Shown here: piece after piece, positions 46,146-57,466 of the stretch
Numbering within the stretch: position 1 is the stretch's first letter
Layout: each line of letters starts with the position of its first letter
DNA from: Diplonema japonicum
Taxonomy: Eukaryota; Protista; Euglenozoa: Diplonemea
Reading direction: 5' to 3'
Length of the DNA stretch: 64,000 nt
Assembly (NCBI GenBank): GCA_964019335.1
Contig: OZ025725.1
Coordinates: 310,001 to 374,000, forward strand
Notes under the pieces: model-generated
Databases searched by the model: none
Told to the model about the DNA's origin: nothing
The model's input: only the letters and a program-made list of their open reading frames with translations
Program-made: the position numbers and the translations under genes

Positions 46146-48585
46146 ATGTCGCAAGCACTGCAGTTCATCAACAAGCAGGTCGGTGAGTTCGACGAGAAGT
46201 ACGCGAAGACGTCTCCCGCAAAGATGGTTGCCGCTTCGGTGTCCGCTGCCTACATTGCCTCGCAGCTCTTCGTGCTGTACCAGATGGGTGCCACGGACGT
46301 CGTGGATTCTACAAAGTCCACCTTCTTCTTCTACCTTCGGAAGTACTTCGGGCACCTCCTCGGCTACACGAAGGGCATCAACGAGGCCAAAATGGGTTTC
46401 CTGAAGGAGTTCACTGAGAAGCAGGAGTCGATCGAGGAGGTGCAGGAGGAGCTCCCCGAGAAATCAATCTCCAAGGAAGAGGTCCTCGCCCTCTGCAAGA
46501 AGCACGCTGAGATCAACATGGACTACTCCAAGGGCCAGTACAGCGGTAGCGTCTACCACGGTGGGATGGAGGGCTACACAGAGTTCATCAACGAAGCTAT
46601 GGCGATGCACCAGTGGTCGAACCCCCTGCACGCGGGACAGTTCTGCGGTGTGAGGAAGATGGAGACAGAGGTTCTGTCGATGGTGGTGAAGATGTTCAAC
46701 GGGACGGACGAGTGCTGCGGGGCGATGACCTCTGGGGGCACCGAGTCCATCCTCCTCTCCATGAAGGCCTACAGGGAGCTCGCTAGGATCGAGAAGGGGA
46801 TCACAAAGCCGGAGCTTGTTGTCTGCGCGACGGCCCACGCCGCCTTCGATAAGTCCGCGCACTACTTCGGTCTGAAGATCAGGCACGCCAGGATGGACCC
46901 TGTGAGCGGGAAGGTGGACATGAAGCACATGAGGAGCCTCATCACCTCGAACACCATCTGCCTCGTCGGGTCTGCGTACGGGTTCCCCCACGGGATCATC
47001 GACCCTATCGAGGAGATCGCGGCGATCGGGGTGGCGAAGAACATCCCGGTCCACGTGGATGCGTGCCTCGGGGGCTTCATCCTCGCCTTCGCGGAGAAGG
47101 CAGGGTTCGAAGTTGGTGAGAAGTTCGACTTCAGGGTCCCGGGGGTCACCTCCATCTCCTGCGACACACACAAGTACGGGTTCGCACCCAAAGGGAGCAG
47201 CACAATCCTGTACAGGACACCGGAGCTGAGGAGGCATCAGATGCACTCGGCACCGAACTGGCCCGGTGGGATCTACGCCTCGCCCACCATCAGCGGGTCG
47301 CGTGTCGGGAACGTGGTGGCGGGGACATGGGCGGCGATGATGTCGCACGGGCTGGAGGGGTACGTGAAGTCCGCGAAGGAGATCATCACATCTGCAAGGT
47401 TCATCAAGGAGGAGCTGAACAAGACCCCCGGTATGCGCGTGATGGGCGACCCCCTGGGCAGCGTCATCGGCTTCGCAAGCGACGACTTCGACATCTACAG
47501 GCTGGCGGGACACCTCGCGGAGAAGGGGTGGGAGCTCAACAGCCTGCAGTTCCCCCCATCGATGCACATCTGCTGCACGAGGCTGCACGCCATCAACGAC
47601 ATGGAGAACTCGAAGAGGCTCATCGCTGACATCAGGGAAGGCTGTGCAGAGTTCATGAAGACCAAGGACAAGCCCGCCACAGGCTCCGCCGCCTTGTACG
47701 GAACCACACAAGAGATCCCCGACAGGTCCATCATCGGTGATGTTGCCACCACTTACTTCGATGCCTACTACGATGTCAAGGGAGCGGTATGTGACTTTTT
47801 GCTTGAACAAAAAACAATAATGAGCTCGTCCGGAAAAAAATGTTAACACTTTTTTGGGCACCTCCGAAAATTTCTTTGTTTTGATTATTTGAGCAAAAAA
47901 AGGGCAGCATGCAACCATAGGAAGATGACATATATGGTGTACATGACGCCGTTCAATTGCGATGCTTGTTTTGCCATGAGGGTGGCAGGCTTTGCAACCG
48001 GCTGCCCCCGGGAAGCGAAAAACAGAGGTCAGAAAAACGACGAAAAATGTTTAAAATGCAGTTTAAAAGTTTAAAAGCTTGAAATGCAGCACCTTTTCCC
48101 CACCCCATTTTAATAGTGATAAAGAAACCACCCGAAATGACCCCTTAAGTTTCAGATTTCCCATCTGCGTCCATTTCTTCATTGAAGAAAACAAAAATAA
48201 ATATGGAGCCTGGGTCACTTACAATTTCCGGATGCAAAAAACTTAAAAAAAACCATTTTAAAAAGCATGTTTTTGCACGCGCGTTTTAAAAATGAAACAA
48301 ACGGCGCGCATTGTGACCTATATGGTGAACACACTTAGACCGCAATTCTGCACACAAAGTGGTGTCGGACTACTTTTGTACTTAGAAATTTTCCGAGGAT
48401 TTTCCGTTGCGAAAGAGGGTCATTTGTGGGCATTTTCTTCCGGACGAACTCATATATTGATAATGAATTGTTGTTGCTTGGTTAACCCCCGGCTGTGCAC
48501 AAACAACAAACAACTGAATATTCTCTTTTTTTTTTTTTTTAATACACAGGACACTCTTCGCAAGATGCAGGAAGCATCGCAGTAA
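46146..48585 (+). CDS. Sphingosine-1-phosphate lyase, copy 1; exons 46146-47786, 48550-48585
   Basis: SGSVYHGG, NPLH, TSGGTESIL, HVDACLGGF, SCDTHKYG (PLP Lys), WPGGIYASPT. Last exon DTLRKMQEASQ matches the paralogs' DTLRKMQEEAA. Confidence 0.9.
47822..48451. mobile_element. Internally deleted copy of the GAG...CTC TIR element, inside the SPL intron
   Basis: GAGCTCGTCCGGA ... TCCGGACGAACTC; colinear with 40422-41451 minus about 400 nt. Confidence 0.8.
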
Positions 48586-49726
48586 AGCGGGGTTCCATCT
48601 CAGGCTCCGAGCGTACCTAGCTCTTTTGTTTCTTTTTTTATTTTTATTTTTTACCTGTTTCTTCAATTTAAAAAAAAAAAAAAAGAAATTAAATAAATCA
48701 AATGTACTCAATGCTTACTCTTTTATTTATTTTTTTTTGGAAGTTTAAAAAAAAAAAAAAGGTTTTTTTTTTTTGTGTGAACGAGGGCACTGTTGGCCTT
48801 TGCGTGTGGTCTGAAGTTTCTTTTATATTTTTTTTTCAGAAGTAAAATAAGAAGAGTGAATAGCAAAAAAAAAAAAAAAAAATGAATACACTACACAATA
48901 TCCCCACACCTCCCCCTCGCTGTTTTTTTTAAAGGCTCTGTTCGCCGATGCGTGTGTAAAATAAAAAACAGTTTTAAAAAGCAATAAAATAATAATAATG
49001 AAAAACAAGAAGCCCTGACTTGGCCTTCGTGTAGAAGAGTACTTTAAAAGGGAAAATAAAAATAGGGGGAAAAAAAAGGAACCCGGAAAGAATGAAAAAA
49101 AAAAGGCTACTTTTTTTTTTTTTTTTCGCCAAAATCCTTTTCTTTTTCTTTTTTTCCCATTTGGTATTTCTTCATTTTGATTTCCCCGCTTTTCCCTTTC
49201 CCCCCTCTTTTTTTTTTTAGTGCCGGCTGTGTTTGGCCTTCGTGTGGAATGATTGATCAAAAAAAAAAAAAGATTTTTACTATTTCGTAGTCTTACCAAC
49301 TGGTGTTATTTTCTTTTTTTTTTTTTATCTAGGATAAGTTGAGACAGGGGAGTCCGTTCTTCTTTTTCGTCTCATTCTTTTCTTTTTTTTTTTTCTTCTT
49401 TTTTGTTTCCACGAGAACCTTTTATTCTGTTTCCCCTCATCTTTTTTTGTACCTCCGCTGAGAAGAAATCGCACCTGAAACGAAGTACTTTTCTTTTTTT
49501 TTCTTCTTTTGATGAGGGGAAGATAAAAAAAAAGGTTAATTTCTACCTCCCTATTTGTTTTATTTTTTGTTTTCCTTTCCCTCTCCTGTTCTATTTTTAT
49601 TTTTTTTTTTATTTTTTTTCTTTTTCCTTTTTGCCCTATCAACCCTCGGCGACCCGAGGAAAAAAAACAAAACACGACAAAAAAAAAAAAAAAAAAAAAA
49701 GAAAAAGGGCAACGAAATAAAAAGAA

Positions 49727-51458
49727 ATGTCGGCCATTATGAACACAGCGATGACGGCAGTTGCCGGGTGGGTGAAGGGGTTCAACGAGCGCTACGAGGG
49801 GACAGCCCCGCACGTGCTGGTGGTGGGGACGCTGGTGTGTGTTGTGGTGGGAGACCGCGTGGTGCAGGTGCTGCGGGTGGGCCCTGCTGACAGCTTCGAG
49901 TACACGAAGGAGGTGTTCTTCCTGTACCTGCGAAGGTACTTCGGGCACCTCCTCGGCTACACGAAGGGCATCAACGATGCGAAGATCGGGTTCCTGAAGG
50001 AGTTCACTGAGAAGCAGGAGTCGATCGAGGAGGTGCAGGAGGAGCTCCCTGAGAACTCGATCCCGAAGGCAGAGGTCCTCGCCCTCTGCAAGAAGCACGC
50101 CGAGATCAACATGGACTTCATGAAGGGCCAGTACAGCGGCAGCATCTACCACGGTGGGATGGAGGGCTACACAGAGTTCATCAACGAAGCTATGGCGATG
50201 CACCAGTGGTCGAACCCCCTGCACGCGGGACAGTTCTGCGGTGTGAGGAAGATGGAGACAGAGGTTCTGTCGATGGTGGTGAAGATGTTCAACGGGACGG
50301 ACGAGTGCTGCGGGGCGATGACCTCTGGGGGCACCGAGTCCATCCTCCTCTCCATGAAGGCCTACAGGGAGCTCGCTAGGATCGAGAAGGGGATCACAAA
50401 GCCGGAGCTTGTTGTCTGCGCGACGGCCCACGCCGCCTTCGATAAGGCCGCGCACTACTTCGGTCTGAAGATCAGGCACGCCAGGATGGACCCTGTGAGC
50501 GGGAAGGTGGACATGAAGCACATGAGGAGCCTCATCACCTCGAACACCATCTGCCTCGTCGGGTCTGCGTACGGGTTCCCCCACGGGATCATCGACCCCA
50601 TTCAGGAGATCGCGGCGATCGGGAAGGCTAAGAACATCCCGGTCCACGTGGATGCGTGCCTCGGGGGCTTCATCCTCGCCTTCGCGGAGAAGGCAGGGTT
50701 CGACGTGGAGGAGGTGTTCGACTTCAGGGTCCCGGGGGTCACCTCCATCTCCTGCGACACACACAAGTACGGGTTCGCACCCAAAGGGAGCAGCACAATC
50801 CTGTACAGAACACCGGAGCTGAGGAAGCACCAGATGCACTCGCAGCCGAACTGGCCCGGTGGGATCTACGCCTCGCCCACCATCAGCGGGTCGCGTGTCG
50901 GGAACGTGGTGGCGGGGACATGGGCGGCGATGATGTCGCACGGGCTGGAGGGGTACGTGCAGTCGACGAAGGAGATTGTCGGGGCGGCGAGGTTCATCGC
51001 TAAAGAGATCGAGGCGACCCCTGGGATGCGTCTCATGGGGAGGCCCCTGGGCAGCGTCATCGGCTTCGCAAGCGACGACTTCGACATCTACAGGCTGGCG
51101 GGACACCTCGCGGAGAAGGGGTGGGAGATGAACAGCCTGCAGTTCCCCCCATCGATGCACATCTGCTGCACGAGGCTGCACGCCATCAACGACATGGAGA
51201 ACTCGAAGAGGCTCATCGCTGACATCAGGGAAGGCTGTGCAGAGTTCATGAAGACCAAGGACAAGCCCGCCACAGGCTCCGCCGCCTTGTACGGAACCAC
51301 ACAAGAGATCCCCGACAGGTCCATCATCGGTGATGTTGCCAAGACTTACTTCGATGCCTACTACGATGTCCGTGGGAAGGTAGTGTTCATTTCTTTCCCC
51401 CTTCTCTTTACACAATTCACAGGACACCCTTCGCAAGATGCAGGAAGAGGCCGCCTGA
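49727..51458 (+). CDS. Sphingosine-1-phosphate lyase, copy 2; intron 51380-51422
   Basis: Same motifs; N-terminal TM; spliced end ...VRGK|DTLRKMQEEAA*. Confidence 0.9.
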
Positions 51459-52319
51459 GAAAAGCAGTTACAAACATATTAGTGACCCTTTTTTTTTTTT
51501 TTTATTATTATTATTATTGATACCGATATCGATTTCCGTTTTTGTTTTGGCCCAAAATTTGTACCGGCGTGTGTCTGGAGTGATACCAGAGCTAGAGAGT
51601 AAATGACTTGATTACTTGTGCTATCTGGGATCGATATTGTTCATAAATTAACTATTAAGCTCGTCACTTGTTGTGTTATCCACTATTCTCCTGCATTTTT
51701 TTTTTTTTTTTAATATTTTCCCTCTCGTTTTCCCGTTCGCTTTCAAACACTGTTCTTTGACATTCTCTCTCTCTCTCTCTTCTCTTTTTTTTTTTTTTTC
51801 CTTCTTTTTTTTTTTTTTTTTTCCTTCCCAGGAATTTTGACAAAGTAGTCCGCGTGTGGCCTTGTGTTCCTGTTATTTCGCAGCAAGTGAAAAAGCCTTT
51901 TTTTTTCCCCCCCTCTTTTCCGAGTAAAAAAAAAAATCGCTTCGGTATCTTGTTATTATTATTATTTTTTTTTTTTTTTTTTGGAAATTCAGCTCTAAAG
52001 ACATGTGATAAAATGAGTTAGGGAAATGCAAGAAAAAAAAAAAAAGAGAAACAAAAAAAAAAACGTTTTTTTTTTTTTTTTTTTTCCCACTTTTTTTTTT
52101 TTTTTTTAATTGGAGCTAAATGGCTTTATGCCAAAAAAAAAAGAAAAAAAGAAATGTAAGAAAAAACAAAACAAAAAAACGAAAAAAAGAACAGCACATC
52201 CCCCCCCCCCCCCCCCCCCCCCTCCCACCTTTTCCTTGCTCGTTTTTTTCTTCTTTACCTCCCCTCCATTTTTTTCTTTCTTTTCTTCTCACCAAAATAC
52301 AGTTCACCAAAAAAAAGGG

Positions 52320-52347
<28 letters not shown>

Positions 52348-52351
<4 letters not shown>

Positions 52352-52826
52352 ATATCGTGGTCAGCATAGAATGTTTTGGTGACATTACAGTGGACATAGA
52401 TATGAACGATACTGTAGGTGACCTGAAGCGAAAGGTCGGGTCAATGCGAGACATCGAGGCGTCGGTGTTGATGCTTCAACATGACGGGGAAATACTGGGG
52501 GACGAGCTACCCATGAGCGAAACGGGGGTCGGCTGCGGGGAAGTAGTCCAACTTCTCATTGCAGGGCCGCAAATTGCTATGGACGAGCTAGCCCTTCTCG
52601 GAGTGGACATCACACAAGAAGAGCTTCACCAATGTGCACAGTTGGGCAACGCTGAGGTTTTGCGTCTCCTTCTCCTTACTGAGCAGCTTGATCCGAATTT
52701 TCGCAGCATGCAGGGGATCACTCCACTAATGGCCGCGTCAGTGGTGGGCTGTCTCGAGTGCATTACTCTCCTATATGACTCTGGTGCTGACCCTGAGGTG
52801 TCGTTTATTGGTAAGGAAAGGGGAAG

Positions 52827-52858
<32 letters not shown>

Positions 52859-52946
52859 ACTCAATGCATTCGACCTAGCCTCTCATGGACGGCACACTAG
52901 CTGTATGGAGTTTTTGAAAACACATAAAAAGCGAAGGAAGATTTGA
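52348..52946 (+). CDS. Ubiquitin-like domain + ankyrin repeat protein; intron 52811-52857
   Basis: DTVGDLKRKV UBL; GITPLMAASVVGCLECITLL. Splicing yields a further ankyrin repeat G|LNAFDLASHGRHTSCMEFL. Confidence 0.8.
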
Positions 52947-53818
52947 ATGGGGGAGGGGGGGGGGGAGCTTTTTTTTTGAGAAAAAAAAGAGCAAGGGGGA
53001 GGGGGGGATTTTTTTTTTAATAATTTTTTTTTTTAAAAAAAAAGAGGGGGGAAAAAAAAAAAAAAAAAAAAAAATACCGTTTCACGGTTTAAGCAAAAAA
53101 GAAAGAAAAAAAAAAGAGAAAATACTGTAAAAACAAAAAAATCACAGTAAGATTTTTTTAGGCACTTTTTCAGGGGGGGGTGGGGTACCTAGCCTGTCCC
53201 GTAGCATGCTTTTGTTTCTGTTGCAAGATTCTTAAAAATAGCAAAAATAAAACTAAAAAAGGGGGCGAGGAAAGGGCAAGCAGTCCTACCTAGACATTGG
53301 CGCCATGACGCCGTGGTACTTGGCGGCGTGCAAGGTGTTGATCTCTTGCACTTCCCTGGGGGTAGGATGGCAGGAGTTGCCAGCATCCAAAAAGGTACGC
53401 TTGCCAACCCATTTAGTCATAGTGCCCTGTTGCATTTTTGAAAAGGATAATGAAGAATAAGTTCAATGAAAGATTAAGCGTCTGGGATGTAAAGATAACA
53501 ATCAGGATCTGAGGTATCTTTTTTAGTTCTTGGAAAAGTCCGTAATTCAATTCCCTTTAAAAATAAGGGGGGGTCCCAGGAAAAAAAATGTCCGGAAGAA
53601 AAAAGATATCCGGACCGCCAGAGCTCCCAATGATTTTTGTTTTACAGTATTTATATATTGTCCCCACCAAAAGTCTGTAAGCAGATTTTCTTTTAGAATG
53701 CAGGTAGCGAGAACAAAGGAGCGTCTCATAAAGACTTCCTTAACTCATATAAAAATATTTTTTTTATTTTTTGGCGGGCCGTTGCTAACCACTTCGTTCC
53801 TATCACAGTGATTTTTTG

Positions 53819-53961
53819 GGTGGTGGGGATAACATGGAAATATAAGAAGTACATCAGATGTGTAGTTCGCTGTTGACCTCCTCGTCGGTCATCACCGGTA
53901 GCGCCCGAGTGGAAGAACGTATCGCAGATGCTCAGGGTGACGAACAGGCAGCAAACTGCAC
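53819..53961 (+). ncRNA. HDV-like self-cleaving ribozyme, copy 2
   Basis: P1 GGUGGUG(53819-25)/CAUCACC(53890-96); L3 UCCUCGUC; GG 53897-98; P4 CGCCC-GAGU/GCUC-A-GGGUG; C53941-GAA; extended P2 GUGUAGUUCGCUGUUG/CAGGCAGCAAACUGCAC. Confidence 0.78.
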
Positions 53962-54884
53962 GAGCACAGAATCTTGGTTACCCGGGACGCCCCGGCTAGG
54001 GTTGAGCACACCGCATGCATTAAGGACACGACGCGGAACGCAGAAGAAGCTACTGCTCGGCCGAGGAGCGCCCCCTGTAATCAAGTAGGTATTTCGTGCT
54101 TCGTTGCACGCTTAACGCCACCTAGTGTTGCAATCAAAGCCCCATTTTTTTTTTCTTTTTTTTTTACCCCATAAACGGTAGTTTAGAAAACTTGCGGGTT
54201 CTTTTCTTCTAACAATGGAACTTGCTGAAGACTATGAAGCGAACCACCCGGCAACCCCCTGGAGCCGGTCCTGGGCGGAAGGATGCGAGGCGAGAAACGC
54301 AACAAAGTGAGAGGAAAAAAGATTTTTTTTTTCTTGCTTACCGTGAGCGGGGGGGTAGTTCTTACTTGGTCCTCCCTCTCCCTCTCCTAATTGGGGTCGA
54401 ATGTCCAAGGTTTCTTTTTGTTTCTTTTCCCACTCCACCCCCCCCCTTTTTTTTCCTTCTTCTCCTCAGCCTCATCTGCGGTATTTTTTTTTAACCTTTT
54501 GGTGTGTTTTTTTTGACGGGCTACAGGGAATAAACTGTACTTGAGGTCCGACCATCGCAGACTTTAAAAAAAAAAAAAAAATGTCTATTTTTCTTTCTTC
54601 TTTGTTTGGTTTTGTTTCGTTTCGTTTCTCTCGCAGTACTGACTCTATGGGAAAGGGGGGAAAAGCAATTTATTACCCATTCACCCCTTTTTCTTTTGAT
54701 TCATTTTCCTTTTTTTCGCCTTTCTCCTTACATATTGCTCTGTGCTCAGGTGATCAGAGTTTTCGCCAAAAAGGCCAACTTCCAAAAAATAGTATTTAAA
54801 AAAAAATTGCCAACAAAAATAATGAGTCATTATTTAACTCTCGAGTTCCCGAATGTTTTTTTTTTTTTTTTTTTTTGCACGAGT

Positions 54885-55133
54885 GTTAAATAATGGTTTT
54901 CATTTGGCGGCAAGTAAGTCGTTTTATTTCACTCTTCGTCATTCGAGTCGCTCACCCTTCACTGCTTTCATCGCTGTTTTTTTTTTTTTTTTTTTTTTTC
55001 CTCAACCCTTTTTGGGGATTTTCCTACTTTTCCTTGTGAAGCGCCATTATTAAACTAGTTAAATAATGGGCGTTTCGCGTTAAATAATGAGACACCTAGT
55101 GAGTGAAGAAAATGACGAAGAGTGAAAATAAAA
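54885..55133. repeat. MITE-like member of the GTGAAATAA family
   Basis: Inverted repeats TTTTATTTCACTCTTCGTCATT (54922-54943) / AATGACGAAGAGTGAAAATAAAA (55111-55133); GTTAAATAAT x3. Confidence 0.65.
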
Positions 55134-55734
55134 AAATAAAAAAACGAGTTAATATTTCCCCCCATTTTTTTTTTTATTATTTCCTTGATGCCGAGGTGCG
55201 CGCCCCCCCCCCCCCCCCCCCCCTGTAATCAAGTAGACAGTTCTTGTGCAGGGCGCCACCTACACCGGCCTCCTTATTCTCTTATATACAAATATTTTTG
55301 TTTTTTCTTTGCGAAGACATGCCCATGCCACCTTGCTGTTGGTGCCCTGCACGTACTCTCCATTTCCTTTAGATGTGACGGAAGGATTCTTCAACACACT
55401 TTTCAAGTGTTGCTGTTTAGTTGCCTTCGTGTTAGGCGTGCTATGTGCCATGGAAGGTTGTGCTTCGTGCTTTCAGGGCTTGCAGGACCTCTACCACGTG
55501 GATGGAAAAAGGCAGGGCGCTGCTCGGTGGTTTTGATCTTGCCGGAGCAGACCACCGCGGTCGGCCGCCAAAGCCCCCAGAACGGGGACTGAGCACGAGA
55601 AGGCCGGTAAGCTTAAAAATGTACCTTAAGAATAGTTTTTTTTCTTCCCTCCCCCTCTTGTTTGAATACACAACATAAATAGAACGACAATGAAACAAAG
55701 GTAAAAAGAAAGTAAAAAAAAGAGAACAAAAGAA

Positions 55735-57466
55735 ATGTCGGCCATTATAAACACAGCGATGACGGCAGTTGCCGGGTGGGTGAAGGGGTTCAACGAGCGC
55801 TACGAGGGGACAGCCCCGCACGTGCTGGTGGTGGGGACGCTGGTGTGTGTTGTGGTGGGAGACCGCGTGGTGCAGGTGCTGCGGGTGGGCCCTGCTGACA
55901 GCTTCGAGTACACGAAGGAGGTGTTCTTCCTGTACCTGCGAAGGTACTTCGGGCACCTCCTCGGCTACACGAAGGGCATCAACGATGCGAAGATCGGGTT
56001 CCTGAAGGAGTTCACTGAGAAGCAGGAGTCGATCGAGGAGGTGCAGGAGGAGCTCCCTGAGAACTCGATCCCGAAGGCAGAGGTCCTCGCCCTCTGCAAG
56101 AAGCACGCCGAGATCAACATGGACTTCATGAAGGGCCAGTACAGCGGCAGCATCTACCACGGTGGGATGGAGGGCTACACAGAGTTCATCAACGAAGCTA
56201 TGGCGATGCACCAGTGGTCGAACCCCCTGCACGCGGGACAGTTCTGCGGTGTGAGGAAGATGGAGACAGAGGTTCTGTCGATGGTGGTGAAGATGTTCAA
56301 CGGGACGGACGAGTGCTGCGGGGCGATGACCTCTGGGGGCACCGAGTCCATCCTCCTCTCCATGAAGGCCTACAGGGAGCTCGCTAGGATCGAGAAGGGG
56401 ATCACAAAGCCGGAGCTTGTTGTCTGCGCGACGGCCCACGCCGCCTTCGATAAGGCCGCGCACTACTTCGGTCTGAAGATCAGGCACGCCAGGATGGACC
56501 CTGTGAGCGGGAAGGTGGACATGAAGCACATGAGGAGCCTCATCACCTCGAACACCATCTGCCTCGTCGGGTCTGCGTACGGGTTCCCCCACGGGATCAT
56601 CGACCCCATTCAGGAGATCGCGGCGATCGGGAAGGCTAAGAACATCCCGGTCCACGTGGATGCGTGCCTCGGGGGCTTCATCCTCGCCTTCGCGGAGAAG
56701 GCAGGGTTCGACGTGGAGGAGGTGTTCGACTTCAGGGTCCCGGGGGTCACCTCCATCTCCTGCGACACACACAAGTACGGGTTCGCACCCAAAGGGAGCA
56801 GCACAATCCTGTACAGAACACCGGAGCTGAGGAAGCACCAGATGCACTCGCAGCCGAACTGGCCCGGTGGGATCTACGCCTCGCCCACCATCAGCGGGTC
56901 GCGTGTCGGGAACGTGGTGGCGGGGACATGGGCGGCGATGATGTCGCACGGGCTGGAGGGGTACGTGCAGTCGACGAAGGAGATTGTCGGGGCGGCGAGG
57001 TTCATCGCTAAAGAGATCGAGGCGACCCCTGGGATGCGTCTCATGGGGAGGCCCCTGGGCAGCGTCATCGGCTTCGCAAGCGACGACTTCGACATCTACA
57101 GGCTGGCGGGACACCTCGCGGAGAAGGGGTGGGAGATGAACAGCCTGCAGTTCCCCCCATCGATGCACATCTGCTGCACGAGGCTGCACGCCATCAACGA
57201 CATGGAGAACTCGAAGAGGCTCATCGCTGACATCAGGGAAGGCTGTGCAGAGTTCATGAAGACCAAGGACAAGCCCGCCACAGGCTCCGCCGCCTTGTAC
57301 GGAACCACACAAGAGATCCCCGACAGGTCCATCATCGGTGATGTTGCCAAGACTTACTTCGATGCCTACTACGATGTCCGTGGGAAGGTAGTGTTCATTT
57401 CTTTCCCCCTTCTCTTTACACAATTCACAGGACACCCTTCGCAAGATGCAGGAAGAGGCCGCCTGA
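55735..57466 (+). CDS. Sphingosine-1-phosphate lyase, copy 3; intron 57388-57430
   Basis: Essentially identical to copy 2 (offset 6008 nt); M5I is the only protein difference I saw. Confidence 0.9.

Noticed and set aside
49325-51436. Long antisense ORFs over SPL (also 46464-47918, 55441-57564), SOD and GILT
   Set aside because: Shadow ORFs caused by strong GC3 codon bias on the sense strand; no recognisable domains.
53449-53512. Possible C/D snoRNA (ATGAAGA ... CTGA)
   Set aside because: Imperfect C box, no terminal stem and no recognisable rRNA-complementary guide.
41532-57466. Sphingolipid gene cluster (TLC protein + three SPLs)
   Set aside because: The TLC protein lacks an evident Lag1p motif and is separated by CDK and SOD genes; proximity is probably chance.
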